DNA from: Hyphomicrobiales bacterium
GTDB lineage: Bacteria > Pseudomonadota > Alphaproteobacteria > MED-G09
Assembly (NCBI GenBank): GCA_028339975.1
Contig: JAOLDG010000008.1
Span: forward strand, 2,154-66,153
DNA: 64,000 nt
Direction: 5' to 3'
In this document: positions 47,930 through 58,232 of the stretch, piece by piece
Numbering within the stretch: the stretch's first letter is position 1
Layout of the letters: each line of letters begins with the position of its first letter
Notes under the pieces: generated by a model
Told to the model about the DNA's origin: nothing
The model's input: the letters and a program-made list of their open reading frames with translations, nothing else
Databases searched by the model: none
Made by a program: the position numbers and the translations under genes

Positions 47930-50900
47930 ATGATTAATCTAAGGGATATAATTCAAAATGAATACTTGGTTAATTCTGACAAAGTAAAAGAATTTAATGA
48001 AATTCCCGAGGGATCTGAGGCTCTAATTTTTAAAGAATTATCATCATCTACAGACAGAGATATAATAATTATTTCAAGAGATTTGAAGAGATATCAGCAA
48101 TTAAAGGATTCTATTGAATTTTTTTTAGAAAAAAATATTCTTTTTTTTCCACAATGGGACTGTATTCCGTATGACAGAATATCACCCAATAAATCAATTA
48201 CATCAAAACGTCTAGAGACACTATCCAGTCTAGCTGAAGGGGGTAGGCCTAATAAGATTATTTTAGCGACTATTCAGTCCTCATTTCAAAGAACATTGGC
48301 AGTTGATGAGATAAAAGATAAATCTTTAAATCTAAAACCTGGACAAGTATTAAATGTTGATGATCTTTTGTTGTTTTTTGTAAACAATGGTTATTCAAAA
48401 GTAGGTACGGTTAGGGAGTATGGGGAGTTTTCGTTAAGAGGGGGAATAATAGACTTTTATTCACCTTTAAATCTTCCGACTCGAGTTGATTTATTTGGCA
48501 GTACAATTGAATCAATTAAAAGTTTTGATTTAATATCTCAAAGATCTATTGAGCTTATTGATAGTGTCAAAATTTTTCCATCCTCTGAGGTATCACTAAA
48601 TAGCTCAAGTATTGAATTGTTTAGAAAAAATTTTAATAATACATTTGGAAGTCAGAGAAAAAAAATTAAAGTTTATGAAAGTATTTCAGAAGGCATTACT
48701 TATCCTGGAATGGAACATTGGCTTCCATTTTTTTATAAAGAGACAGGGACTATTTTCGACTATCTTGATAGTCCAATTGTTATTTTAGATTCATTATACA
48801 ATGAATCTCTAGATAATTTTATTGAAACAATAAATGATCATTATGAATCTAGAAAAGAATATGATGATAACGATTTATCAAAAGATGAGAATAAATATTT
48901 CTCCCTTAAGCCAGAGCAATTATATCAAAACAGAGATTTATTCTTAGAAAATCTATCAAATTCTAATAATATTGAGATAAGTACATTCAAGAAACCAACG
49001 GGTATTAATTTTAATGGAAAAAAATCAAAAAACTATTTTGGAAAAGATGTTAAGAGCAAAGATCTTGAGTTATATGATCAATTAAAAAATGATATTAAAA
49101 AATTTCTTAATGAAGGTAAGGTTGTAATTATATCATGCTCAAGCGAAGGTTCTTCAGATAGAATTTCTAAAATACTAAGAAATAAAAATGTTGAGAGTAA
49201 ATCATTAAACTCAGTAAATTTTATTAAAAATACAATAAATTCAGATATTTATACAATTATACTAAATCTAAACTCTGGATTTCATATTGATAATTATGTT
49301 TTTATTTCTGAGCAAGATATTTTTGGGGAAAAATTCTATAGACCAAGGGTTATTCGAAAAGCAGAAAATTTTCTCAGAGAGGTTTCTAGTATAATGCCTG
49401 GCGACGCAGTTGTTCATATCGAGCATGGCATCGGAAGATTCGAAAATTTAATAACTCTTGAAATCAATGACGCTAAGCATGAATGCCTACTCTTGAAGTA
49501 TGCAAATGATGATAAGCTATATCTTCCAGTTGAAAATATTGAGGTATTATCAAAATATGGGTCTGATATATCAGATGTATCCTTAGACAAGCTAGGTGGG
49601 GTTTCTTGGGGTTCACGTAAAGAAAAACTTAAAAAAAGGATTAAATTTTTAGCCGAAGAGTTAATGGCTGTTGCAGCAAAAAGACAGATGGCTATAGCTG
49701 ATATAATTAATGTTCCTGATGATTTTTACGAAGAATTTTGTTCTAAATTTCCTTTCGAGGAAACAAATGATCAATATAATGCTATAGACGATGTCATAAA
49801 AGACCTAGAGAGGGGTCAACCAATGGATAGGCTTATCTGTGGTGATGTTGGGTTCGGAAAAACAGAGGTAGCCCTAAGGGCATCTTTCTTATCGGCTATG
49901 AGTGGAAAGCAAGTTGCTATTCTCGCGCCTACAACTCTTCTTGCAAGGCAGCACTTTGAGACATTTAAGGCTAGATTTAAAGGATTCCCAATAAACATAA
50001 GTGAATTATCAAGATTATCATCTAATAAGGATGGGATAATTAAGGATATTAATTCAGGGTTTTCTGACATTACGATTGGAACACATTCCTTGTTGGGTGA
50101 AAAAGTTGAATTTAATGACCTAGGACTTCTTATTGTCGATGAAGAACAACATTTCGGAGTTAAACATAAAGAAAAAATAAAAAAACTTAAAAGTAATATT
50201 CATATTCTAACCCTTACAGCAACGCCAATTCCTCGAACTCTTCAGTTAGCAATGACTGGCGTGAGGGATTTATCTATAATTGCATCTCCACCTGTTGATA
50301 GACGAACAATTGAAACGTACGTTTTTCCTACAGACCCTTTAGTCCTTAGGGAATCTATATTGAGAGAGAGGCACAGGGGTGGTCAGGTTTTCTATGTAGT
50401 CCCTAGAATAGCAGACATAGATGAAATTGAGGACTTTCTCAGGGAAAGTGTTCCAGAGGTTAATTTTATAACCGTGCACGGCCAAATGCCAGCAAAACAA
50501 ATCGAGGATAGGATTAATGATTTTTATTCTGGTTCATATGATGTTTTAGTTTCTACAACTATAATAGAATCTGGGTTGGATATACCTAATGCCAATACAT
50601 TAATAGTTCACAGAGCTGACATGTTTGGTTTGTCGCAGCTTTATCAGATAAGGGGCAGAGTAGGGCGATCCAAGATAAAGGCATATGCTTATTTAACTTA
50701 TAAAAATAAACAGATATTAGGAAAAAAAGCACTGAAAAGGCTTGAGGTACTCCAGTCACTAGATTCTCTTGGGGCCGGGTTTAATTTGGCTAGTTATGAC
50801 CTTGATATTAGAGGTTCTGGTAACTTACTTGGCGAAGAACAATCAGGACAGATTAAAGAAGTTGGTATTGAGCTTTATCAAAATATGCTTGAAGAAACAA

Positions 50901-51397
50901 TTGAGGGTTTAAAAAATCAAACAAATGATATTGTTGAAAATGATTGGTCGCCAAAGGTTTCCTTGCCATTATCGGTACTAATTCCTGAATTTTATATTCC
51001 TGATCTAACAACAAGAATGGAAATTTATAAGCGATTATCCTTAATTGAAGACGAAAATGAAACTGACGAGATAGCTGCAGAGCTTATTGATCGATTTGGA
51101 AAACTTCCTGCTGAGGTCGAAACTTTAATTGACACCATTGATTTAAAAAATATTTGTAAACTAGCAAATATTGAAAAGATTGATTGTGGAAAAACTGGAT
51201 ATTTAATAAAATTTAAGAATAACGAATTTTCTAATCCTAAGGATTTAATATCCTATATTACATACCACAATAAGAACTTTAGTATCAGGCCAGATCAAAG
51301 GATATCAGTAAAATTTAATGCAAAAGATATATCTATAATTGATAATATTAAGACAACAGTTAGAGAGCTGGTTGAGCTATCACAAATTGAAAGTTAA
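47930..51397 (+). CDS. mfd: transcription-repair coupling factor
   Basis: RGGIID, VVH.EHGIG, GDVGFGKTEVA, DEEQHFGV, QIRGRVGRS, TRCF domain. Confidence 0.97.
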   Translation: MINLRDIIQNEYLVNSDKVKEFNEIPEGSEALIFKELSSSTDRDIIIISRDLKRYQQLKDSIEFFLEKNILFFPQWDCIPYDRISPNKSITSKRLETLSSLAEGGRPNKIILATIQSSFQRTLAVDEIKDKSLNLKPGQVLNVDDLLLFFVNNGYSKVGTVREYGEFSLRGGIIDFYSPLNLPTRVDLFGSTIESIKSFDLISQRSIELIDSVKIFPSSEVSLNSSSIELFRKNFNNTFGSQRKKIKVYESISEGITYPGMEHWLPFFYKETGTIFDYLDSPIVILDSLYNESLDNFIETINDHYESRKEYDDNDLSKDENKYFSLKPEQLYQNRDLFLENLSNSNNIEISTFKKPTGINFNGKKSKNYFGKDVKSKDLELYDQLKNDIKKFLNEGKVVIISCSSEGSSDRISKILRNKNVESKSLNSVNFIKNTINSDIYTIILNLNSGFHIDNYVFISEQDIFGEKFYRPRVIRKAENFLREVSSIMPGDAVVHIEHGIGRFENLITLEINDAKHECLLLKYANDDKLYLPVENIEVLSKYGSDISDVSLDKLGGVSWGSRKEKLKKRIKFLAEELMAVAAKRQMAIADIINVPDDFYEEFCSKFPFEETNDQYNAIDDVIKDLERGQPMDRLICGDVGFGKTEVALRASFLSAMSGKQVAILAPTTLLARQHFETFKARFKGFPINISELSRLSSNKDGIIKDINSGFSDITIGTHSLLGEKVEFNDLGLLIVDEEQHFGVKHKEKIKKLKSNIHILTLTATPIPRTLQLAMTGVRDLSIIASPPVDRRTIETYVFPTDPLVLRESILRERHRGGQVFYVVPRIADIDEIEDFLRESVPEVNFITVHGQMPAKQIEDRINDFYSGSYDVLVSTTIIESGLDIPNANTLIVHRADMFGLSQLYQIRGRVGRSKIKAYAYLTYKNKQILGKKALKRLEVLQSLDSLGAGFNLASYDLDIRGSGNLLGEEQSGQIKEVGIELYQNMLEETIEGLKNQTNDIVENDWSPKVSLPLSVLIPEFYIPDLTTRMEIYKRLSLIEDENETDEIAAELIDRFGKLPAEVETLIDTIDLKNICKLANIEKIDCGKTGYLIKFKNNEFSNPKDLISYITYHNKNFSIRPDQRISVKFNAKDISIIDNIKTTVRELVELSQIES

Positions 51398-52020
51398 CTT
51401 TTGTTTAAATGTTCAAGCAACTTAACAATTGATATTACTGGTTGAGATCCGGTTAATGTTATTCCATCGTCAATTATATAAGCAGGAACACCCATTACTC
51501 CGTTTTGCCTATTTGTCTGTTCTTGATCTATAAGAGTCGTTCTATCATCATCATTATTAAATTTTTTTCTTATTTTTTGAGGATCTAATCCCACTTTTTC
51601 GGCTATATCTATCAATATATTAATATCTCCGATATCTTTTGATTCTTCGAAATATGATTTAAATATCTCTTCAACAGTCTCTAATTGAGAATTATTTTCT
51701 TTCGACCAATATATTAAACGATGACTATTAAATGTATTAGGTATTATTCCTATAGTATTGTTTATATTACTAATTCCAGATTTTATAGCTTCATTTTTAA
51801 TGTTATTTTTTATATTAATATACTGTTCTTTATCAAATTTTTTGGAAACATAGTCACTACGATCAATGCCCTCGGGAGGCATGTTTGGATCTAGTTGAAA
51901 TGTTGAGTATTCAAAAGAAACCTTAATATCAGGGACTTGTTTTAATGCTAAATCAAAATTTCTTTTACCTATATAACACCATGGACAGATTGTATCTGAG
52001 ATAACTTTTACTTTTATCAT
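51394..52020 (-). CDS. DsbA-family (FrnE-like) oxidoreductase
   Basis: SDTICPWCYIG, FQLDP, PNT..SHRL, GVP motifs. Confidence 0.9.
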   Translation of the reverse strand: MIKVKVISDTICPWCYIGKRNFDLALKQVPDIKVSFEYSTFQLDPNMPPEGIDRSDYVSKKFDKEQYINIKNNIKNEAIKSGISNINNTIGIIPNTFNSHRLIYWSKENNSQLETVEEIFKSYFEESKDIGDINILIDIAEKVGLDPQKIRKKFNNDDDRTTLIDQEQTNRQNGVMGVPAYIIDDGITLTGSQPVISIVKLLEHLNKS

Positions 52021-52082
52021 AGTTAATTTATACCCTTAATAATAAACCAAAATCTTGCTTATTCTAAAATCTAAAGGCATAA

Positions 52083-52892
52083 GTGTCTATAATGGAATTA
52101 GAATCATCATATTTAGTTGATAGCCACTGTCACTTGAACTTTAAAGATTTTGAGGATGACTTTGAGGAAGTAATAAAAAGAGCGAGAGATTCTAATGTTG
52201 GAATTATGGTGTCGATTTCCACCGAGCTGGATGAAATTGATCAAATTATTAATATAGCTGAGAAGTATAAAAATATATTCTGTACTGTAGGTGTCCATCC
52301 TCATTCTGCAAATATTCAAAAAGATTTAAATGAGAGCTACTTAGTGGAAAAAGCTTCTAATCCTAATGTTATTGGAATAGGTGAGACGGGTCTTGATTTT
52401 TTCCATGAAAATTCATTAAAAGAGGATCAAATTGATAGTTTTATTAAGCACATAAACGTATCGAGAGAAACACAGCTTCCATTAATTATTCATACGAGAG
52501 AAGCTGATGACAAAACATGCGAAATTCTAGAAAGTGAGTATAGAAAGGGCGCTTTTCCAGGAATTATTCATTGCTTCACAGCAGGAGAAAATTTAGCAAA
52601 AAGAGTCATTGATCTAGGTTTTTATATTTCTCTTTCAGGAATAGTTACATTTAAAAATGCATCTGAGTTAAGAGAGACTATTAAAAATATTCCCCTAGAT
52701 AGGATAATTGTTGAAACAGATTCACCTTATTTATCTCCAGAGCCTCTGAGGGGAAGAAGAAACGAACCTTCACACGTTCTTCATACTGCAAAATTCTTAG
52801 CTAATTTTTATGAAAAGGATGAAAAAGACTTTTTTTCATTAACAACAAATAATTTTTTTAAAATCTTTAAAAAAGCCAATAGGCCAGTATAG
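52083..52892 (+). CDS. tatD: TatD family hydrolase
   Basis: DSHCHL, GVHPH, GETGLD, HTREA, HCF, ETDSPYL motifs. Confidence 0.94.
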   Translation: MSIMELESSYLVDSHCHLNFKDFEDDFEEVIKRARDSNVGIMVSISTELDEIDQIINIAEKYKNIFCTVGVHPHSANIQKDLNESYLVEKASNPNVIGIGETGLDFFHENSLKEDQIDSFIKHINVSRETQLPLIIHTREADDKTCEILESEYRKGAFPGIIHCFTAGENLAKRVIDLGFYISLSGIVTFKNASELRETIKNIPLDRIIVETDSPYLSPEPLRGRRNEPSHVLHTAKFLANFYEKDEKDFFSLTTNNFFKIFKKANRPV

Positions 52893-52896
52893 CACA

Positions 52897-53706
52897 ATGG
52901 GTGAAAGAGTTTTAGTTACTATTTTAGGTTGTGGTTCTTCAGGTGGGGTTCCTAGAATTGATGGTGACTGGGGTGATTGTGACCCGAATGAAATAAAAAA
53001 CTTTCGTTCACGTTGCTCTTTGCTGGTTCAAAAATTTAATGCCAAAAATGACGTAACATCAGTTCTTATTGACACATCGCCAGATATTAGAAATCAACTA
53101 TTAAAGGCAAATGTAAAGAATATTGATGCAGTTCTATACACACATGATCATGCTGATCAATCTGGTGGTATAGATGATTTAAGGGTTTTTGCACTTAGAA
53201 GACGAAAAAAAGTTCAAGTTTACCTAGATGAAAAAACAGCATCTAGGTTAATTCCTAGATTTAGTTATTGCTTCAATACATTCGACGATAAGGTTTATCC
53301 AGCAATATTAGAAAAAAATACAATCAACCCATACGAAGGTTTCCATATCGAAGGCCCAGGCGGTAATATTTATTTTATGCCGTTCTTACAAAAGCACGGT
53401 AAAATTGATTCAATTGGTTTCAAATTCAATAATGTCGCTTATTCCAGTGATGTGGTAGATTTTTATGATAAATCTTTTGATATGTTAGATAATCTTGATT
53501 ATTGGATTGTTGATGCTCTTAGGCATGATCCTCATCCAACTCACGCACACCTTAATAAAACACTTGGCTGGATTAAGGATCTTAATACTTCCAAAGGTAT
53601 TTTAACAAATCTTCATATAGATCTCGACTACAATAAATTAAAGAATTCTTTACCAAATAATGTAAAGCCTGCTTATGATAACCTTAGTTTTGAGATTCCA
53701 TTGTAA
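52897..53706 (+). CDS. MBL-fold metallo-hydrolase (PhnP/YycJ-like)
   Basis: LGCGSSGGVP, THDHADQ..GIDD motifs. Confidence 0.9.
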   Translation: MGERVLVTILGCGSSGGVPRIDGDWGDCDPNEIKNFRSRCSLLVQKFNAKNDVTSVLIDTSPDIRNQLLKANVKNIDAVLYTHDHADQSGGIDDLRVFALRRRKKVQVYLDEKTASRLIPRFSYCFNTFDDKVYPAILEKNTINPYEGFHIEGPGGNIYFMPFLQKHGKIDSIGFKFNNVAYSSDVVDFYDKSFDMLDNLDYWIVDALRHDPHPTHAHLNKTLGWIKDLNTSKGILTNLHIDLDYNKLKNSLPNNVKPAYDNLSFEIPL

Positions 53707-53739
53707 AGGTTTGTATATTAGTTATACATAATATATATT

Positions 53740-54672
53740 ATGCGCATAAATATGATTAAATTTATCACTAAAAGACTCCTTATAGCCATCCCCACTCTTT
53801 TAATAATAATTGCATTTGGCTTTATAATGATGAGAGTTGCTCCTGGCGGGCCTTTTACTAATGAGAGAGCTTTACCTCCTGAGATAGAAAGAAATATCCA
53901 AGAAGCTTATAATCTTAATAAACCATTGTATGAACAATTTTTTATTTATATTAAAAATTTAAGTGTTGGCGATTTTGGCCCCTCTTTTAAATATAAAGAT
54001 TTTACCGTAAATGAATTAATAATTAGTGGGCTTCCTGTAAGTGCTACTCTAGGCTTATCATCAATAATAATTTCCTTATTTTTAGGTTCATTTCTTGGTA
54101 TTATTGCTGCCGTTAAAAGAAATACTTATTTTGATTATTCTGTTATGAGTGTCTCATTAGTGGGAATATGTGTTCCGAGTTTTGTTATGGCCCCTATCCT
54201 TTCATTATTTTTTGGCCTCTATCTTGGTATTTTACCTACATCAGGATGGAATGGAGGAAGTATATTAAACTTAATCTTACCTATAACAGCCTTATCACTT
54301 CCGCAAATAGCAGTAATATCAAGAATGATGAGAGCAAGCACTATAGAGGTGTTAAATTCTAACTTTATAAGAACAGCAAGATCAAAAGGTTTAAAATCAT
54401 CCTATATAATAAGAAAACATGTGATTAGAGCATCAATACTTCCAATTATTGAATATTTGGCTCCTGCTTCAGCAGGTTTAATGACAGGATCTATAATAGT
54501 TGAACAAATTTTTGGATTACCTGGAATTGGACGATATTTTGTTGTGGGAGCCCTTCAACGTGATTACACTTTAGTTAGCGGGGTAATGATACTTTATGCT
54601 TCATTATTGATTATTTTAATACTTATTACAGACATTTTAAGGGCTTATTTAGATCCAAGGGTTAAAATTTAG
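53740..54672 (+). CDS. oppB: oligopeptide ABC transporter permease
   Basis: APGGPF, GDFGPS, RTARSKGL, EQIFGLPGIG, RDY motifs. Confidence 0.92.
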   Translation: MRINMIKFITKRLLIAIPTLLIIIAFGFIMMRVAPGGPFTNERALPPEIERNIQEAYNLNKPLYEQFFIYIKNLSVGDFGPSFKYKDFTVNELIISGLPVSATLGLSSIIISLFLGSFLGIIAAVKRNTYFDYSVMSVSLVGICVPSFVMAPILSLFFGLYLGILPTSGWNGGSILNLILPITALSLPQIAVISRMMRASTIEVLNSNFIRTARSKGLKSSYIIRKHVIRASILPIIEYLAPASAGLMTGSIIVEQIFGLPGIGRYFVVGALQRDYTLVSGVMILYASLLIILILITDILRAYLDPRVKI

Positions 54673-54679
54673 GTTTATC

Positions 54680-55576
54680 ATGAGATTATTAAAAAAAACT
54701 GATAACCTAGAAATGTCTTATAGCTTAAAGGGAAGATCTCTTTGGGTTGATGCAAGAAGAAGGTTATTTCAAAATAAAGCCGCCGTTATATCATTGTTTA
54801 TATTAATTTTTATTTCAATTATTTCAGTTTTTGGTCCATTTTTTATCCAATATGGCTTTAGCGATACCGATTGGAGTTCTATCTATCAACCACCCAGCTT
54901 AGAAAATGGCCACTACCTTGGCACAGACGGTAATGGGAGAGATTTACTTGTTAGAATTTTACATGGCGGCAGGTTAAGCCTTTCAATAGGTGTAATAGCA
55001 ACATTTGTAAGTGTATTTATTGGCGTTATTTATGGTACTATAGCAGGGTTCTTTGGCGGTAAACTAGATACCTTTATGATGAGAGTTGTTGAGATTCTTT
55101 ATGCAATGCCATATTTGATCTTTGTTATTATTCTAATGGTTGTATTTGGAAGAAATATTTATTTTCTCTTTATTGCAATAGGCGCGGTAGAATGGTTAAC
55201 AATGGCCAGAATAGTAAGAGGTCAGACTATATCACTAAAAGAAAAAGAATTTATTGAAACAAGTAGAGCGCTTGGGCAATCAAATACCTTAATAATAATA
55301 AAACATATTATTCCTAATTTAGCTGGTCCCATCATCGTTTATATTACTTTAATGGTTCCATCGGTTATTATTTTAGAGAGTTTTTTATCATTCTTAGGTC
55401 TTGGTGTTCAAGAACCTCTAACATCATGGGGTGTTCTTATATCAGAAGGATCTAGAGAAATGGAAACTGCATGGTGGTTATTGATCTTTCCGGGATCTTT
55501 TATGGTTATTACTTTGGCTTCTTTGAATTTTATAGGGGATGGACTTAGAGATGCAATCGACCCAAAAGAATATTAA
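54680..55576 (+). CDS. oppC: oligopeptide ABC transporter permease
   Basis: LGTD.NGRD, ARIVRGQ, ESFLSFLGLG, GDGLRDA motifs. Confidence 0.92.
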   Translation: MRLLKKTDNLEMSYSLKGRSLWVDARRRLFQNKAAVISLFILIFISIISVFGPFFIQYGFSDTDWSSIYQPPSLENGHYLGTDGNGRDLLVRILHGGRLSLSIGVIATFVSVFIGVIYGTIAGFFGGKLDTFMMRVVEILYAMPYLIFVIILMVVFGRNIYFLFIAIGAVEWLTMARIVRGQTISLKEKEFIETSRALGQSNTLIIIKHIIPNLAGPIIVYITLMVPSVIILESFLSFLGLGVQEPLTSWGVLISEGSREMETAWWLLIFPGSFMVITLASLNFIGDGLRDAIDPKEY

Positions 55577-56372
55577 AAACAATGATTTATTACTCGAAGT
55601 TAATAATTTAAATGTTTTTTTTAATACAACAGATGGCTTAATCAAGGCTGTAAATAATATTAACCTTTCGATCAATAAAGGAGAATGTCTAGGTGTGGTG
55701 GGTGAATCTGGATCTGGAAAAACTCAAACATTTTTTTCCATAACAGGTCTTCTTTCAAACAATGGTTATTGCAAAGGTTCTGCTATATTTAAGGGTTTTG
55801 ATCTAATATCTTCATCAAAAAAAGAAAGAATGAAGTACCTTGGTAAATCAATTGGTTTTATTTTTCAGGATCCAATGACTAGCTTGACTCCTCATATGAA
55901 AATCGGTGATCAATTATCTGAGATTTCAATTTTTCATGATAATTTAACAAAAAAAGAATCATTGAAAAGAGCTCTAGAGGTTTTGGATATAGTAAAATTA
56001 CCAAAATCAAGGAATCTAATCACCTCTTATCCTCATGAGCTGTCAGGTGGAATGAAACAGAGAATAATGATTGCTATATCATTGATGTGTAGTCCTGAGC
56101 TAATAATAGCCGATGAACCAACAACTGCTCTTGATGTTACCACTCAATCAGAAATACTTAATATTTTCAATGATTTAAAGAACCAATTAGGTATTAGTAT
56201 TATTTTAATTTCTCATAATATTGGAGTTATTGCAGAAACTTCAGATAATATAATTGTAATGAAAGATGGTAGTATTGTTGAAAATGGATCGACTTATAAT
56301 GTTTTGACTAATCCTCAGGATAAATACACAAAACTCCTTCTTTCATGTATACCTCCTTGGCTGGACGTTTAA
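55539..56372 (+). CDS. oppD: oligopeptide ABC transporter ATPase
   Basis: GESGSGKT, FQDPMTSL, LSGGMKQR, DEPTTALDV; start uncertain. Confidence 0.9.
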   Translation: MDLEMQSTQKNIKNNDLLLEVNNLNVFFNTTDGLIKAVNNINLSINKGECLGVVGESGSGKTQTFFSITGLLSNNGYCKGSAIFKGFDLISSSKKERMKYLGKSIGFIFQDPMTSLTPHMKIGDQLSEISIFHDNLTKKESLKRALEVLDIVKLPKSRNLITSYPHELSGGMKQRIMIAISLMCSPELIIADEPTTALDVTTQSEILNIFNDLKNQLGISIILISHNIGVIAETSDNIIVMKDGSIVENGSTYNVLTNPQDKYTKLLLSCIPPWLDV

Positions 56373-56376
56373 GTAT

Positions 56377-57189
56377 ATGAAAAATGAAGCAACAAACATT
56401 CTTACTGTAGATAATTTAAAGCTGCACTATTCTTCTGCTAAAGGTTTTTTTTCTAAAAAAGAAATAGTTAAGGCTGTTGATGATATTTCTTTTAATCTTT
56501 TAGAGGGCGAGACACTTGGTATTGTTGGTGAATCAGGATCTGGAAAATCAAGTATATGTCGATTAGTCCTTAACCTTATTTCAAAAAGTTCAGGAAAAAT
56601 AACTTGGTTTGATAAGGATTTAGATACATTTAACAAAAAACAAATGAAAGAATTTAGAAGAAAAGTTCAAATAATTTTTCAAGACCCTTACGGTAGTTTA
56701 GATCCAAGAATGACTATTGGAAGCATTATAAAAGAACCATTGGATATATTTAATAAGAAATTCCTTAAAAAAGAAAAAGAAAAAATAATAACTGAACTAA
56801 TGAATGATGTTGGTCTTTCAAATGAATTATTTAATCGATACCCTCATGAATTATCCGGTGGTCAATGCCAAAGAGTTGGTATTGCAAGAGCAATAATCAA
56901 TAAACCTTCGGTATTAATCTGTGATGAACCAGTCTCTGCATTGGATTTGTCAATTCAAGCACAAATATTAGATCTTCTTAAAAACTTAAAGAATAAATAT
57001 AGCCTTACATTAGTATTTGTAAGTCATGACCTTTCAGTAATAAAATCAATTTGTGATAATGTTATAGTATTGAGGTCTGGAAAAATTGTAGAGAATAGAG
57101 AAGTTAATGATTTATTTAGGAATCCAGAGAATGAATACACAAAGAAATTAATTTCTTCAGTTCCCTCCCCTATTCCACTTAAAAGATAA
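56377..57189 (+). CDS. oppF: oligopeptide ABC transporter ATPase
   Basis: GESGSGKS, FQDPYGSL, LSGGQCQR, DEPVSALD motifs. Confidence 0.9.
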   Translation: MKNEATNILTVDNLKLHYSSAKGFFSKKEIVKAVDDISFNLLEGETLGIVGESGSGKSSICRLVLNLISKSSGKITWFDKDLDTFNKKQMKEFRRKVQIIFQDPYGSLDPRMTIGSIIKEPLDIFNKKFLKKEKEKIITELMNDVGLSNELFNRYPHELSGGQCQRVGIARAIINKPSVLICDEPVSALDLSIQAQILDLLKNLKNKYSLTLVFVSHDLSVIKSICDNVIVLRSGKIVENREVNDLFRNPENEYTKKLISSVPSPIPLKR

Positions 57190-57227
57190 GTCAGAATTTA
57201 ATCATAAAATCTAAACTTTAATTTAAA

Positions 57228-57680
57228 TTATTGAGCTCTTGGCGCCACAGCTAGAATAGTCTCAGCTCCAGACCTTTTTCTAGAAATGCTTATAATAGCA
57301 GTTCTTAAGTCTTTTTCATAAACTAAGAATATTTGATTGCCCTGTTGCTCCATAATTAAAAACCAACCTGTATCAGGCATATGCTCTTTAAAATAACTGA
57401 AAACCGAATTGGCATCTAATCCGGAGTTAAAGTAAATTTGACCAAACCAATTTTCATCACTTCCAACAACAACAGATTTAGTTAAGTCTAGATAAGTTTC
57501 AGGAGGAAAAGCCACGTCACTAAATTGATTTAAAACATCTTCCTGAGTTGGCTCTGCATCAATTGATATATCATCATTGCTTACAGTTGACCCACCAGGA
57601 TTTGTAATAGATTCAAGTTGGGCACAAGAAACCAAAAAAACTAGCATAAGAGAAGCTAATAAATTACGAAATAAAGACAT
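57228..57680 (-). CDS. hypothetical lipoprotein
   Basis: Lipobox LVSC after hydrophobic signal; GGAGG RBS. Confidence 0.75.
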   Translation of the reverse strand: MSLFRNLLASLMLVFLVSCAQLESITNPGGSTVSNDDISIDAEPTQEDVLNQFSDVAFPPETYLDLTKSVVVGSDENWFGQIYFNSGLDANSVFSYFKEHMPDTGWFLIMEQQGNQIFLVYEKDLRTAIISISRKRSGAETILAVAPRAQ

Positions 57681-57746
57681 CGATGACCTCCTAAAGAAAT
57701 AATAGTTAATAATTAACCCTTTATTAATGAGTCGGTCAAATAATTG

Positions 57747-58130
57747 TTAAAATATACACATTAAAGACGCTAATATCATAATGCTCCAACTACCTAGCGC
57801 ACCAACCATTCTTGGTAAATTATCTGGCCCTAATCCTTCTTCTGCAATTATTCCATATGCATGTGCTATACGACTCAAAATAAAACCTATTCCAAAGATA
57901 TGAACAAAAAATTCACTACCTCTGTATTCCATTAACATTAAAAGAATTATCATTAATGGTGCATGTTCTATAAGATTTCCAAATGCTCTTGATCTTTTAA
58001 GAAGAATAGAGTCATCTCCACCTAAGGCTGTTTTTGTTTCCATTCTTCGGAAAGCTGTATTTAAGGCCAAAGCAACAGCCATAATAACTAATATACCAGC
58101 ATAAAAAGCTGATCCGTTTAATTCATCCAT
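57747..58130 (-). CDS. MAPEG family membrane protein
   Basis: RAFGNLIEHAP, RIAHAYG motifs. Confidence 0.88.
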   Translation of the reverse strand: MDELNGSAFYAGILVIMAVALALNTAFRRMETKTALGGDDSILLKRSRAFGNLIEHAPLMIILLMLMEYRGSEFFVHIFGIGFILSRIAHAYGIIAEEGLGPDNLPRMVGALGSWSIMILASLMCIF

Positions 58131-58232
58131 TTCGCACCCTTATAAATATAATTTATTAACCCTATGATTCTATTAAAACAGCAATATTTAAGATCTTATT
58201 TGTAATTAGAAAATTTTGTTATACTTTAGAGT

